A stretch of 64,000 nucleotides of DNA from Candidatus Rokuibacteriota bacterium (lineage in GTDB: Bacteria > Methylomirabilota > Methylomirabilia > Rokubacteriales > CSP1-6). A program made the position numbers and the translations under genes. Where the stretch lies: positions 14,153 to 78,152 of the forward strand of contig QHSQ01000103.1 in the NCBI GenBank assembly GCA_003221615.1, in the 5' to 3' direction. The notes under the pieces are model-generated. The model ran no database searches. It was not told the origin of the DNA and worked only from the letters and a program-made list of their open reading frames with translations. Of this stretch, positions 54,704 to 62,878 are shown piece after piece. Each line of letters opens with the position of its first letter. Position 1 is the stretch's first letter.

Positions 54704-55276
54704 TCAGATCTGGGCTCGAGCGTCGCCGAGACGCTCGTCGCTCTTGATCGCCCTGGCCAGCGCGACGAGCGCACGGCCGAAGCGTCCCGCGTCGTCGGCG
54801 AGCCCGGGATCCATCGGGGCGTCGCCGCCCGATGAGCGGATCACTCCGTAGAGAACCGGCGGTACGACGTACGCGCCGAAGTAGCGCACGAGCAGGTCGA
54901 TCAGCGGATCGGCGCCCAGGAAATGGTGATGCGAGCCTCCGGTCGCCACGATGGCGACCGCCTTCGCCCGCAACGGCCCCTCGAATCGCTCGGACGGCCC
55001 GCCGCGCGGCACGCGTTCGAGTAATTCTTTGAGTACCGCCGCATACGTCGACCGGTACATCGGGGTGCCGAGCACGACCGCGTCGGCGCCCGCCAGGCTC
55101 TGGACGTACCCGTCGACGCGAGCCTGATCGAGCGGGCCCGCGCCGAGGTGGATCGCGGCGACCGTCACTCCCGCCTGCGAGTCGCGCGCGGCCTCCAGCA
55201 CCCGGCCGACCAGACGGTCGGTATTGCCACCGGCCTGCGAAGCCACGACCGCGACGACGTGGATCGGCGTGTCCAA
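54704..55276 (-). CDS. NADPH-dependent FMN reductase family flavoprotein
   Basis: 190 aa. Flavodoxin-like pattern HVVAVVASQAGGNT...VVLGTPMYRSTY. TTG start. Confidence 0.75.
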   Translation of the reverse strand: MDTPIHVVAVVASQAGGNTDRLVGRVLEAARDSQAGVTVAAIHLGAGPLDQARVDGYVQSLAGADAVVLGTPMYRSTYAAVLKELLERVPRGGPSERFEGPLRAKAVAIVATGGSHHHFLGADPLIDLLVRYFGAYVVPPVLYGVIRSSGGDAPMDPGLADDAGRFGRALVALARAIKSDERLGDARAQI

Positions 55277-55303
55277 CCCCGTGTTCCCCCTTTCTCCACA
55301 GGC

Positions 55304-55356
55304 GCGCCTCGGCCGGCGGGGCCCCAGCCCCGCGACGGCCTGCAGCGCGCACTACC
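55304..55356 (+). repeat. GC-rich palindromic (REP-like) repeat, copy B
   Basis: Predicted hairpin GCGC-CTC-GGCCG-GCGGGGC-CCCA-GCCCCGC-GA-CGGCC-TGCA-GCGC. It sits in the divergent intergenic region 30 nt upstream of the ATG at 55386. Confidence 0.85.
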
Positions 55357-55385
55357 GCGAAGGATATACAATCCCCGGCGCACCG

Positions 55386-56195
55386 ATGCCCCCGCGCGAT
55401 CCCAAAGTCCTCGTGAGCGAGGTCAGCGTGACCTTCGAGAGCCACGGTCGCTCGGTCGTGGCGCTCGATCGGATCTCGCTCCAGGCCCAAGCCGGCGAGT
55501 TCCTCTGCATCGTGGGGCCGAGCGGAAGCGGCAAGTCCACGTTGCTGCGCGTCCTGGCCGGGCTCGTGCGCCAGAGCGCCGGTGAGGTCCGCATCCAGGC
55601 CGACCACCCGGGAACGCCGCTCACCGCGATGGTATTCCAGGAGCACGCGCTGCTTCCGTGGCGAACCGTCCGCGACAACGTCACCTTCGGCCTCGAGAAC
55701 CGCGGCATCGGACGCGCCGCGCAGGAAACGCGGGCGCGCGAGATGCTGGCCATGGTCGGGCTCGCGCGATTCGCGCGGCATTATCCGCACCAGCTCTCGG
55801 GAGGCATGAAGCAGCGCGTGGGTATCGCCCGCGCGCTGGCCAACGACCCGGAGGTGCTGCTGATGGACGAGCCGCTCGCGGCGCTCGACGCCCAGACGCG
55901 GACGATCATGCAGGAAGAGCTGCTCCGGATCTGGGCGACGCTCGGCAAGACCGTCGTCTACGTGACCCATTCGCTCGAGGAAGCGCTGCTGCTGGGTGAC
56001 CGCGTCGTGCTCCTCACGGCGCGCCCCGGGCGGGTGAGCGAGGTCTATCCCGTCGACCTCGGCCGCCCGCGCGGGCTCGAGGTGCGCGCCTCGCCCGCCT
56101 ATGGCGCGCTCCTCGAGAAGATCTGGTCCCGGCTCCGGGAAGAGGTCGTCCGCGCGATCGCGGATGACCGCGGGTCCGAGGAGATCGGCGCGTGA
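55386..56195 (+). CDS. NitT/TauT-family ABC ATP-binding protein
   Basis: Walker A GPSGSGKST, signature LSGGMKQR, Walker B LLMDEPL. Confidence 0.9.
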   Translation: MPPRDPKVLVSEVSVTFESHGRSVVALDRISLQAQAGEFLCIVGPSGSGKSTLLRVLAGLVRQSAGEVRIQADHPGTPLTAMVFQEHALLPWRTVRDNVTFGLENRGIGRAAQETRAREMLAMVGLARFARHYPHQLSGGMKQRVGIARALANDPEVLLMDEPLAALDAQTRTIMQEELLRIWATLGKTVVYVTHSLEEALLLGDRVVLLTARPGRVSEVYPVDLGRPRGLEVRASPAYGALLEKIWSRLREEVVRAIADDRGSEEIGA

Positions 56196-56974
56196 AGGCG
56201 CTCGGCCGCTGGCTCACCGAGCACGGGACGACCGTCGGATCGCCGATTGCACTGCTCCTCGCGTGGGAGTGGGCGAGCGCCACCGGGCTTCTGCGCGCGG
56301 TCTTCTTTCCGCGCCCCTCGACGATCCTCGCGCACCTGCGCGATCTCGCGCTCGACGGCACGCTCTGGGGCCACACCGCGCCGACGCTCGCGCGCATCGG
56401 CTGGTCGTTCTCGCTGGCCGCCGTCCTGGGCGTGGCGATCGGGCTCGCGATGGGGCTCTGGCGCCGGCTTCGCGAAGGGCTCGATCCGGTCTTCGCGGTG
56501 ATCTATCCGATCCCGAGCGTCCTGTTCCTGCCGCTCGTGAGCTTCATGGTCCCCGCCGGCGAGGTCGCGCTGGTCGTGACCTCCGCGGTGACCTCGTTCT
56601 TCCTGATCGCGTTCACGACCACGCACGGCGTGCGGCAGATCGATCGCCTCGTCGTCGAGGCGGCCGTGCACTACGGAGCGCGGGGCTGGCGACTCTTCGC
56701 CACGGTGCTCCTGCCGGGGGCACTGCCGTTCATCTTCACCGGCCTGCGGCTCGGCCTCGGCTTTTCGCTGATCGTCGTCGTGGCCGTCGAGATCGTCTCG
56801 GCCAGCCGCGGGCTCGGCGCGCTCCTCTGGCTCTCGTGGCAGATCCTCAAGGTCGAGGACATGTACGCGACGTTCTTCGTGATCGCGCTCCTCGGCGCGC
56901 TCCTGTCCTATGGGCTCGCCGCGCTGCGCGCCCGTCTCTTGCCGTGGGTTCCGGACGTGGGCGACCCTCGATGA
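56192..56974 (+). CDS. NitT/TauT-family ABC permease (first of two)
   Basis: 260 aa. GTGA overlap with the ATPase gene. 6 TM with an EAA-like loop (AAVHYGARGWRLFATVLLPGALP). Confidence 0.85.
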   Translation: MKALGRWLTEHGTTVGSPIALLLAWEWASATGLLRAVFFPRPSTILAHLRDLALDGTLWGHTAPTLARIGWSFSLAAVLGVAIGLAMGLWRRLREGLDPVFAVIYPIPSVLFLPLVSFMVPAGEVALVVTSAVTSFFLIAFTTTHGVRQIDRLVVEAAVHYGARGWRLFATVLLPGALPFIFTGLRLGLGFSLIVVVAVEIVSASRGLGALLWLSWQILKVEDMYATFFVIALLGALLSYGLAALRARLLPWVPDVGDPR

Positions 56975-57711
56975 GCGCGGTGGTGCCCGCGGCGGTGCTC
57001 GTCCTCTGGGAGCTATGCTCGCGCCTCGCGATCGTCTCGCCGCGCTACTTCCCGGCGCCGACGACCGTCGGCGGGGTGCTGGCCGATCGCGTCGCGGCAG
57101 GGGACCTCGGCGCGGCGCTGCTCGTGACCCTCGCGCGCCTGGCCTTCGCCTTCGCGCTCGCCGCCGTGCCGGCGGTCCCACTCGGGCTCCTGATGGGAAT
57201 CGCGCGGCCGGTGCGTCATGTCGTCGAGCCCTATCTCGCGTTCATCTTTCCCGTGCCGAAGATCACCCTGCTTCCGTTCCTGCTGATCATCCTCGGAGTC
57301 GGCGAGCCCGCGTTCGTGCTGACCGGAGCGAGCTCGGCGTTCTTCCAGATCGTCATCAGCACGCTCGCCGGCGTGCAGACGATGGACCCGCGTCTCCTGG
57401 ACGTGGGACGCAACTACGGGGCCCACGGCCTGCGCCTGTTCAGGAAGGTGATCCTCCCGGCCGCGCTTCCGGCCATCTTCACCGGTCTCAGGCTCGGTCT
57501 CGGATTGGCGCTGGTCACGCTCGTCGCGGTCGAGTTCATCGCCGCCAAGTCAGGCCTCGGCCATCTGGTCTATCGCCACTGGCAGATGCTGAGCACGCCG
57601 GAGATGTACGCGGCCTTCGCGCTCGTCGGCGCGCTCGGCCTCGTGCTCACGCGCGGCCTCCGCGCCCTTCAGGCGCGCGTGCTCACCTGGCAGGAGGATC
57701 TCGGGGGTTGA
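56971..57711 (+). CDS. NitT/TauT-family ABC permease (second of two)
   Basis: ATGA overlap. 246 aa with EAA-like loop VGRNYGAHGLRLFRKVILPAALP. Confidence 0.85.
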   Translation: MSAVVPAAVLVLWELCSRLAIVSPRYFPAPTTVGGVLADRVAAGDLGAALLVTLARLAFAFALAAVPAVPLGLLMGIARPVRHVVEPYLAFIFPVPKITLLPFLLIILGVGEPAFVLTGASSAFFQIVISTLAGVQTMDPRLLDVGRNYGAHGLRLFRKVILPAALPAIFTGLRLGLGLALVTLVAVEFIAAKSGLGHLVYRHWQMLSTPEMYAAFALVGALGLVLTRGLRALQARVLTWQEDLGG

Positions 57712-57736
57712 CAACGATTCAACATTTCCATATACT
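57708..57736 (+). promoter_or_regulatory. sigma70-type promoter of arsR-arsI (TTGACA-N17-TATACT), predicts a leaderless mRNA
   Basis: TTGACA at 57708-57713 overlaps the stop codon of the permease gene. The spacer is 17 nt, TATACT is at 57731-57736, and the arsR ATG is at 57744, only 7 nt after the -10 box. Confidence 0.65.
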
Positions 57737-57746
57737 TCGAAATATG
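57729..57746 (+). promoter_or_regulatory. inverted repeat CATAT-N8-ATATG, candidate ArsR operator
   Basis: The 5-bp arms span the -10 box and the arsR start codon. AT-rich dyads like this are typical of ArsR/SmtB operators. Confidence 0.45.
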
Positions 57747-58052
57747 AAGACGATCGCGCGGATGCCGCTGGCGGAGTTGTCGGCCGATGAGAGCCACGTC
57801 GAGGCGTTCAAGGCCCTCGCGCATCTGAGCCGGCTCCAGGTCTTCTTCGTCCTCGTGAAGGCCGGCAAGGCGCTGTCGGTCGGAGAGATCCAGGACGCGG
57901 TGGAGATCCCCGGGCCCACCTTGTCGCATCACCTCGACGTCCTGCGGCGGGCCGGGCTGGTCGAGAGCCGGAAGGAAGAGCGGTACATCTACTATTCGGT
58001 GCAGCGGGAGCGGGTCACCGCGCTGGTGCGCCTGCTGACCGCGTGTTGCTAG
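57744..58052 (+). CDS. arsR: ArsR/SmtB-family metalloregulator with C-terminal vicinal Cys101-Cys102
   Basis: 102 aa. The winged-helix core is FKALAHLSRLQVFFVL...VGEIQDAV...TLSHHLDVLRRAGLV. It lacks the ELCVCDL-type site and ends in ...LLTACC. Confidence 0.85.
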   Translation: MKTIARMPLAELSADESHVEAFKALAHLSRLQVFFVLVKAGKALSVGEIQDAVEIPGPTLSHHLDVLRRAGLVESRKEERYIYYSVQRERVTALVRLLTACC

Positions 58053-58065
58053 CAAGGAGGCCACA

Positions 58066-58518
58066 ATGAGCGCGAAGGTACATCTGCACTTGCATGTGTC
58101 CGACCTCATCAAGAGCCGGGAGTTCTACGAGAGGTTCCTCGGTGGCAGCCCGGTCAAGGTGAAGGAAGGCTACGTGAAGTTCCTACCGGAATGGGCACCC
58201 GTGAACCTCGCCCTTTCGACGGGCGGCCAGATCGGTGCGGGTACGATCGATCACGTGGGCGTCCAGGTGGACTCGGTCGAGACGGTGATGGCGGAGCTAG
58301 CCCGGGTCAAGGGCGCCGGGCTGCCGGTCGTCGAGGAAATGGGCGTCAACTGCTGCCACGCCAACCAGGACAAGTTCTGGGTGAAAGATCCCGACGGGGT
58401 CGAGTGGGAGGTGTACCACCTCAACTACGATCTCGAGGGGAGTGAGCCCCAGCGTCTGCCGAGCGTCCTGTCGGTCGTCAGGGCAGCGGCGTGCTGCGGA
58501 GGAACCAGCTGCGCGTAG
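58066..58518 (+). CDS. arsI: ArsI/CadI-family VOC metalloenzyme (candidate C-As lyase)
   Basis: AAGGAGG RBS. PVKVKEGYVKFL, DHVGVQV and the vicinal-Cys block NCCHANQDKFWVKDPDGVEWEVY resemble ArsI. Cys-rich tail AACCGGTSCA. Confidence 0.75.
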   Translation: MSAKVHLHLHVSDLIKSREFYERFLGGSPVKVKEGYVKFLPEWAPVNLALSTGGQIGAGTIDHVGVQVDSVETVMAELARVKGAGLPVVEEMGVNCCHANQDKFWVKDPDGVEWEVYHLNYDLEGSEPQRLPSVLSVVRAAACCGGTSCA

Positions 58519-58543
58519 TGGCCGGGGCCGCCCCCGATGACGC

Positions 58544-59131
58544 TCAGATGAGCGTGCACGCCTCGTCGAACTCCAGGCGCGGCAGCTTCGCCATGATCTT
58601 CGACGGATCGCCGTGACCGACGTTACACAGGAAGTTCGACCTAACCCGGCCGTCCGGGAAGAACTCGGCGTCGACCTTCGCGTTGTCGAATCCGGACATC
58701 CCCCCGACGTCGAGCCCGACCGCGCGCGCGGCGATCATGAAGTAGGCGCCCTGGAGCGTGCCGTTGCGGAACGCGACGGTCTCGGCCAGCGTCGCGTTCG
58801 CCTCGTACGGGTTTTTCATCTCGGGCCGGTGGGGGAAGAGCTTCGGGAGCAGCTCGTAGAAGCGCGTGTCGTACCCGATGATCGCGGTGACCGGCGCGGC
58901 CCTGGTCTTGTCGACGTTGCTCGGACTCAACGCGGGGAGCAAGCGCGCCTTCGCCTCGGGTGTGCGGACGAAGAGAATGCGCGCCGGGCACGAGTTCGCG
59001 CTCGTCGGGCCGGACCGCATGATCTGGTAGATGGCCCGCAGCTGATCGTCGGTGACCGGTGTCGGGAGCCAGCCGTTCTGGGTCCGGGCCTTGAGAAACA
59101 AGAGATCGAGGGACTTGTCGTCGAGCGTCAC
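58544..59131 (-). CDS. RutE-like malonic semialdehyde reductase / nitroreductase family protein
   Basis: The GTG at 59131 follows AAGGAG. FLKARTQNGW, GPTSANSCPARILFV, AFRNGTLQGAYF and RLEFDEACTLI parallel E. coli RutE across the full length of about 195 aa. Confidence 0.8.
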   Translation of the reverse strand: MTLDDKSLDLLFLKARTQNGWLPTPVTDDQLRAIYQIMRSGPTSANSCPARILFVRTPEAKARLLPALSPSNVDKTRAAPVTAIIGYDTRFYELLPKLFPHRPEMKNPYEANATLAETVAFRNGTLQGAYFMIAARAVGLDVGGMSGFDNAKVDAEFFPDGRVRSNFLCNVGHGDPSKIMAKLPRLEFDEACTLI

Positions 59132-59157
59132 GTTGCGCTCCTTCTGCTCCTCGTTCT

Positions 59158-61482
59158 TTACCGCTCCTTCGCGTCCTGGATCGCCTGCCACACGCGCTCG
59201 GGCGTCGCCGGCATGTCGAGCTGGCGCACGCCGACCGACGCCAGCGCGTCGATGACCGCGTTCATCACCGCGGGCAGGGCACCGACCGTGCCGGCCTCGC
59301 CCGCGCCCTTGACGCCCAGCGGGTTCAGCTTCGTGGGCACCGGATTGCTCTCGATGTGCATGTCGGGGAACGTGTCTCCACGCGGCATCGCGTAGTCCAT
59401 GAACGACGCGGTCAGGAGCTGGCCGGACTCGCGGTCGTACACGACCTGCTCCATGAGGGCCTGTCCCACGCCCTGCGCCACCCCGCCGTGGATCTGGCCC
59501 TTGAGAGTCACGGGGTTGATGACGGTGCCCACGTCGTCGACGATCGAATAGCTCACGATCGCGACCGCGCCCGTGTCGGGATCGACTTCCACCTCGCACA
59601 CGTGGCAGCCGTTGGGCCAGGTGCCCTGCTTGGGTGAGAACGTCCCGGTCTCGTACAGACCGGGCTCGACGCCGGGCGGCAGCTGATTGGGCTGGAACGC
59701 CGCCCGCGCCACGTCTTTGAGCGCGACGGCGCGATCGGTCCCGACCACGCCGAACCGGCCGTCGGTGAAGGTGACGTCCGCCTCGGCCGCTTCCAGGAGG
59801 CGCGCCGCGATCTTCTTGCCCTTGACGATCACCTTGTCGGCGGCCATCCACAAGGCGGTGCCGCCGATCACGGTCGACCGCGAGCCCATCGTGCCCATGC
59901 CGAACGCGACCCGGTCCGTGTCGCCGTCGACGTAGAGCACGTCGGCCGGGTCGAGGCCGAGCCGCTCGTTGAGGATTTGCTTGAAGGTCGTCTCGTGGCC
60001 CTGGCCTTGGTTCTTCGAGCCCATCAGGACGGTCGCGCTCCCGCTGGGAGCGAATCGGATCTCGGCGAACTCCGGCTGAGGCCCGGCCGCCTGCTCGATC
60101 GGGTTGACGACGGCCAGGCCCCGCAGCTTGCCGCGGCGGCGGGACTCGTCGCGGCGAAGCGCGAAGCCGGCGACGTCGCCGAGCTTGAGGCCCTTTTCGA
60201 GGTTCGTCTGGAAATCGCCGCAGTCGTAGGTGGCGCCCAGCGGGTTCTTGTACGGCATGGCCGAGGTCGGGATCAGGTTCCTGCGCCGCAGCTCCACCGG
60301 ATCGACGGCGAGCTCGCGGGCGGTGTCGTCGATCAGCCGCTCGAGGACGTACGTCGCCTCCGGTCGGCCGGCGCCGCGGTACGGCGCCGTCGAGTTCGTG
60401 TTGGTCATGACACTGGTCACGTGCACGTAGGCGGCTTCGAACTTGTAGACGCCGACCAGGGTGATCACGTTGCTGAAGGTCGCGAGCAGGTTCCGGTCCG
60501 AGGAGACATAGGCGCCGACGTTCGCGAGCGTGCGCACGCGCATTCCGAGGAATCGACCCTCCGCGTCGAGCGCCAGCTCGGCCTCGCTCACGTTGTCGCG
60601 CGCGTGCTCGTCGGCCAGGATCGCCTCGCGCCGCTCGCACTGCCATCTGACGGGCCGTCCGAGCTTGCGCGCCGCCCACAGGACCAGCTTGTGCTCGGGA
60701 TACTGCCAGCCCTTGGTACCGAAGGCGCCGCCGACGTCGCCGGCGACGACCCGGATCTTGTGCTCGGGAACCTTGAAGATGTTGCTGGCGAGCGCGTTGC
60801 GGACACGATGCGGGTACTGGACGTCGGCGTAGAGGGTGTAGCGATCCTCGTTCGGGTCATAGACACCGAGCGAGCCGCGCGGCTCCATGAACTGGGCGTG
60901 GACCCGGGTGATCACGTAGCGGCGGCGGACGATGCGGTGCGCCTTCGCGAACACCCCGTCGGTCGCGGCCTTGTCGCCGGACTCGAAGATGTTGCTGATG
61001 TTGTCGGGGCACTCGTCCCAGACCGGCGGCGCCCCGGGCCGTGTGGCCTCCGCCGTGGCCGTCACCGAGGGGAGGGGCTCGTAGTCGATCTGGACGAGAT
61101 CGGCCGCGTCCTCGGCCTGTGCGCGCGTCTCGGCGACGACGAGCGCGACCGGATCGCCGACGTATCGCGCGCGGTCGCGCGTGAGCCCGCGGTGAGGGCG
61201 CGCGAACATCGGCGAGCCGTCCGGGCGCTTGCGCTTCAAGGTCATCGTCATCGTGCCCAGGCCCTCGACGTCGGCGCCCGTGAACACCGCGAGGACCCCG
61301 GGCGCGCGCAGCGCCGCCGCCGACTCGATCGCGCGGATCCGAGCGTGCGCGTGCACCGAGCGCACGATGACCGCGTGCGTCTGGCCGGGCATGTTGACGT
61401 CGTCGAGGTAGCGCCCGCGGCCGCGCAAGAGCCGGACATCTTCGACCCGCTTGATACCCTGTCCGATACCGTACTGGCCCAT
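59158..61482 (-). CDS. xanthine dehydrogenase/CoxL-like family molybdopterin-binding subunit
   Basis: AGGAGG RBS before the ATG at 61482. Motifs IKRVEDVRLLRGRGRYLDD, PYRGAGRPEA, VGGAFGTKGW and LGVKGAGEAG. Confidence 0.85.
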   Translation of the reverse strand: MGQYGIGQGIKRVEDVRLLRGRGRYLDDVNMPGQTHAVIVRSVHAHARIRAIESAAALRAPGVLAVFTGADVEGLGTMTMTLKRKRPDGSPMFARPHRGLTRDRARYVGDPVALVVAETRAQAEDAADLVQIDYEPLPSVTATAEATRPGAPPVWDECPDNISNIFESGDKAATDGVFAKAHRIVRRRYVITRVHAQFMEPRGSLGVYDPNEDRYTLYADVQYPHRVRNALASNIFKVPEHKIRVVAGDVGGAFGTKGWQYPEHKLVLWAARKLGRPVRWQCERREAILADEHARDNVSEAELALDAEGRFLGMRVRTLANVGAYVSSDRNLLATFSNVITLVGVYKFEAAYVHVTSVMTNTNSTAPYRGAGRPEATYVLERLIDDTARELAVDPVELRRRNLIPTSAMPYKNPLGATYDCGDFQTNLEKGLKLGDVAGFALRRDESRRRGKLRGLAVVNPIEQAAGPQPEFAEIRFAPSGSATVLMGSKNQGQGHETTFKQILNERLGLDPADVLYVDGDTDRVAFGMGTMGSRSTVIGGTALWMAADKVIVKGKKIAARLLEAAEADVTFTDGRFGVVGTDRAVALKDVARAAFQPNQLPPGVEPGLYETGTFSPKQGTWPNGCHVCEVEVDPDTGAVAIVSYSIVDDVGTVINPVTLKGQIHGGVAQGVGQALMEQVVYDRESGQLLTASFMDYAMPRGDTFPDMHIESNPVPTKLNPLGVKGAGEAGTVGALPAVMNAVIDALASVGVRQLDMPATPERVWQAIQDAKER

Positions 61483-61501
61483 CAGCCGCCACCTCCTCTG
61501 A

Positions 61502-62713
61502 TCACTGCGGGAGCAGGCGCGCGCCGGGCGCCGCAAACTCCTTCGGCCACACCACGACCCACTTGCCGTCCTGCACCTGCTTCACCCTCGAAAGGTCGTC
61601 GCCATAGTTGTTCGGGCCGTCGAACCGGAAGCGGCCGACGATCGTCTGGACCTGGTTCTTGCGGAGCCACTGGGCGAGCACCTTGTCGTCCAGGCTCTTG
61701 GTCGCGATCACCGCCGCCTCGAGCATCTGCCAGGCGGCGTACGAGCCGGCCGCCTGCGTGTCGACGTTCGTGTAGGGCACGCCGGCCTTGGCGGCGCGCC
61801 CGTGGTAGAGCGTCGCGAACTTGGCCGCGGCCGGGTTATTCGTGAACGGCGGATGCTCCTCGAAGAACGTGTGCGAGAGCGCCCGCTTCGCGTCCGGGGC
61901 GGTCGCCAGGGGTCCGGGTGCCGGGAAGAGGTGGTAGTGCCGCCGTGGCGTGTAGTCGAGCCGCTTGAGCTCCTCCAGGACGAGGTTGCCGTCGAGGCCG
62001 AGCGCGCCGACCCAGAGCAGGTCCGCGTTGGCGTCCTTGATGCGGGCGGCAATGGGACCGAAGTCACGCGTCCCGAACTCGTACTCGAGGTAGAGCGCGA
62101 CCTTGAGCCCGCGCTGCGCCGCGACGTCACGCGCTCCCGAGGACTGGAACTGCGCCGACGGGAACTTGCTGGTGACAATCGCGACCGTCTTCGGGGGATT
62201 GGCGGTCGCGGCCAGCGCATCGAACAGGATTCCGGGCACCGTGCGATTGGGCTCGGGCCCGAACGGCGCGGCCGGGAAGTGCATGTCGTACTTCGCGAGG
62301 TGCGGCATGCCGAAGCTGTGGTGGATGAGCATCTTCTGATAGCGCTGCGCCACGCCCATCGCCGCGATGATCCCGCCGGTCGCATACGGCCCCATGAGCA
62401 GATCGACCTTGTCCACTGTGATGAGCTTCTCGTAGAGGCTGCGCGTCACCTCCGCCTTGGACTGGTCGTCGAGCAGGATCCATTCCACAGGGCGGCCCAG
62501 CAGACCCTGACCGCGGTTCAGCTCCTCGACGTAGATCTCGGCGGTGATCTTGTGCAGGAGCGCGGTCGCCGCGAGCGGTCCGGTCAGGGCGAGCGTGCCG
62601 CCGATCTTGATCGGCGGGCCCGAGGGCGCCGCGGCGGCTCCCAGGACGAAGGCAACGACGAGACCGGCCGCGAACGCGCCCGTGAAACCCGGGATTTTTC
62701 GCGAGGCGATCAT
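61502..62713 (-). CDS. branched-chain amino acid-type (LivJ/K-like, Peripla_BP_6) ABC substrate-binding protein
   Basis: GGAGGAGG RBS. Signal peptide, then PIKIGGTLALTGPLA...LLDDQSK...VDLLMGPY, which is typical of LivK-like SBPs. Confidence 0.85.
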   Translation of the reverse strand: MIASRKIPGFTGAFAAGLVVAFVLGAAAAPSGPPIKIGGTLALTGPLAATALLHKITAEIYVEELNRGQGLLGRPVEWILLDDQSKAEVTRSLYEKLITVDKVDLLMGPYATGGIIAAMGVAQRYQKMLIHHSFGMPHLAKYDMHFPAAPFGPEPNRTVPGILFDALAATANPPKTVAIVTSKFPSAQFQSSGARDVAAQRGLKVALYLEYEFGTRDFGPIAARIKDANADLLWVGALGLDGNLVLEELKRLDYTPRRHYHLFPAPGPLATAPDAKRALSHTFFEEHPPFTNNPAAAKFATLYHGRAAKAGVPYTNVDTQAAGSYAAWQMLEAAVIATKSLDDKVLAQWLRKNQVQTIVGRFRFDGPNNYGDDLSRVKQVQDGKWVVVWPKEFAAPGARLLPQ

Positions 62714-62848
62714 CTACCTCCTCCGTAGCGTGGACAGCCGCGCCGGATCAGCCGGCGTCGCGCCGATCGGGAGCTACGTCAGACGTCGGCGGGCGATGCG
62801 CGAGCGATCGCCGCGAGCCTAACCGGGCGGGGAGTCGGGAGTCAAGGG

Positions 62849-62878
62849 GACGGCGAGCCCGAACGGGCTCGATCCGTC
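62849..62878 (-). terminator. hairpin overlapping the mlaC stop codon
   Basis: GACGG-CGAGCCC-gaac-GGGCTCG-at-CCGTC (12 bp with a 2-nt bulge), directly at or after the mlaC stop and 135 nt before the next gene. Confidence 0.4.

Noticed and set aside
58544-60679. 711-aa ORF suggesting a fusion of RutE with a large N-terminal domain
   Set aside because: The N-terminal 515 aa are Arg/Gly/Pro-rich and overlap the Mo-subunit gene in another frame. A GTG at 59131 with an AAGGAG RBS yields a full-length RutE-like protein of 195 aa.
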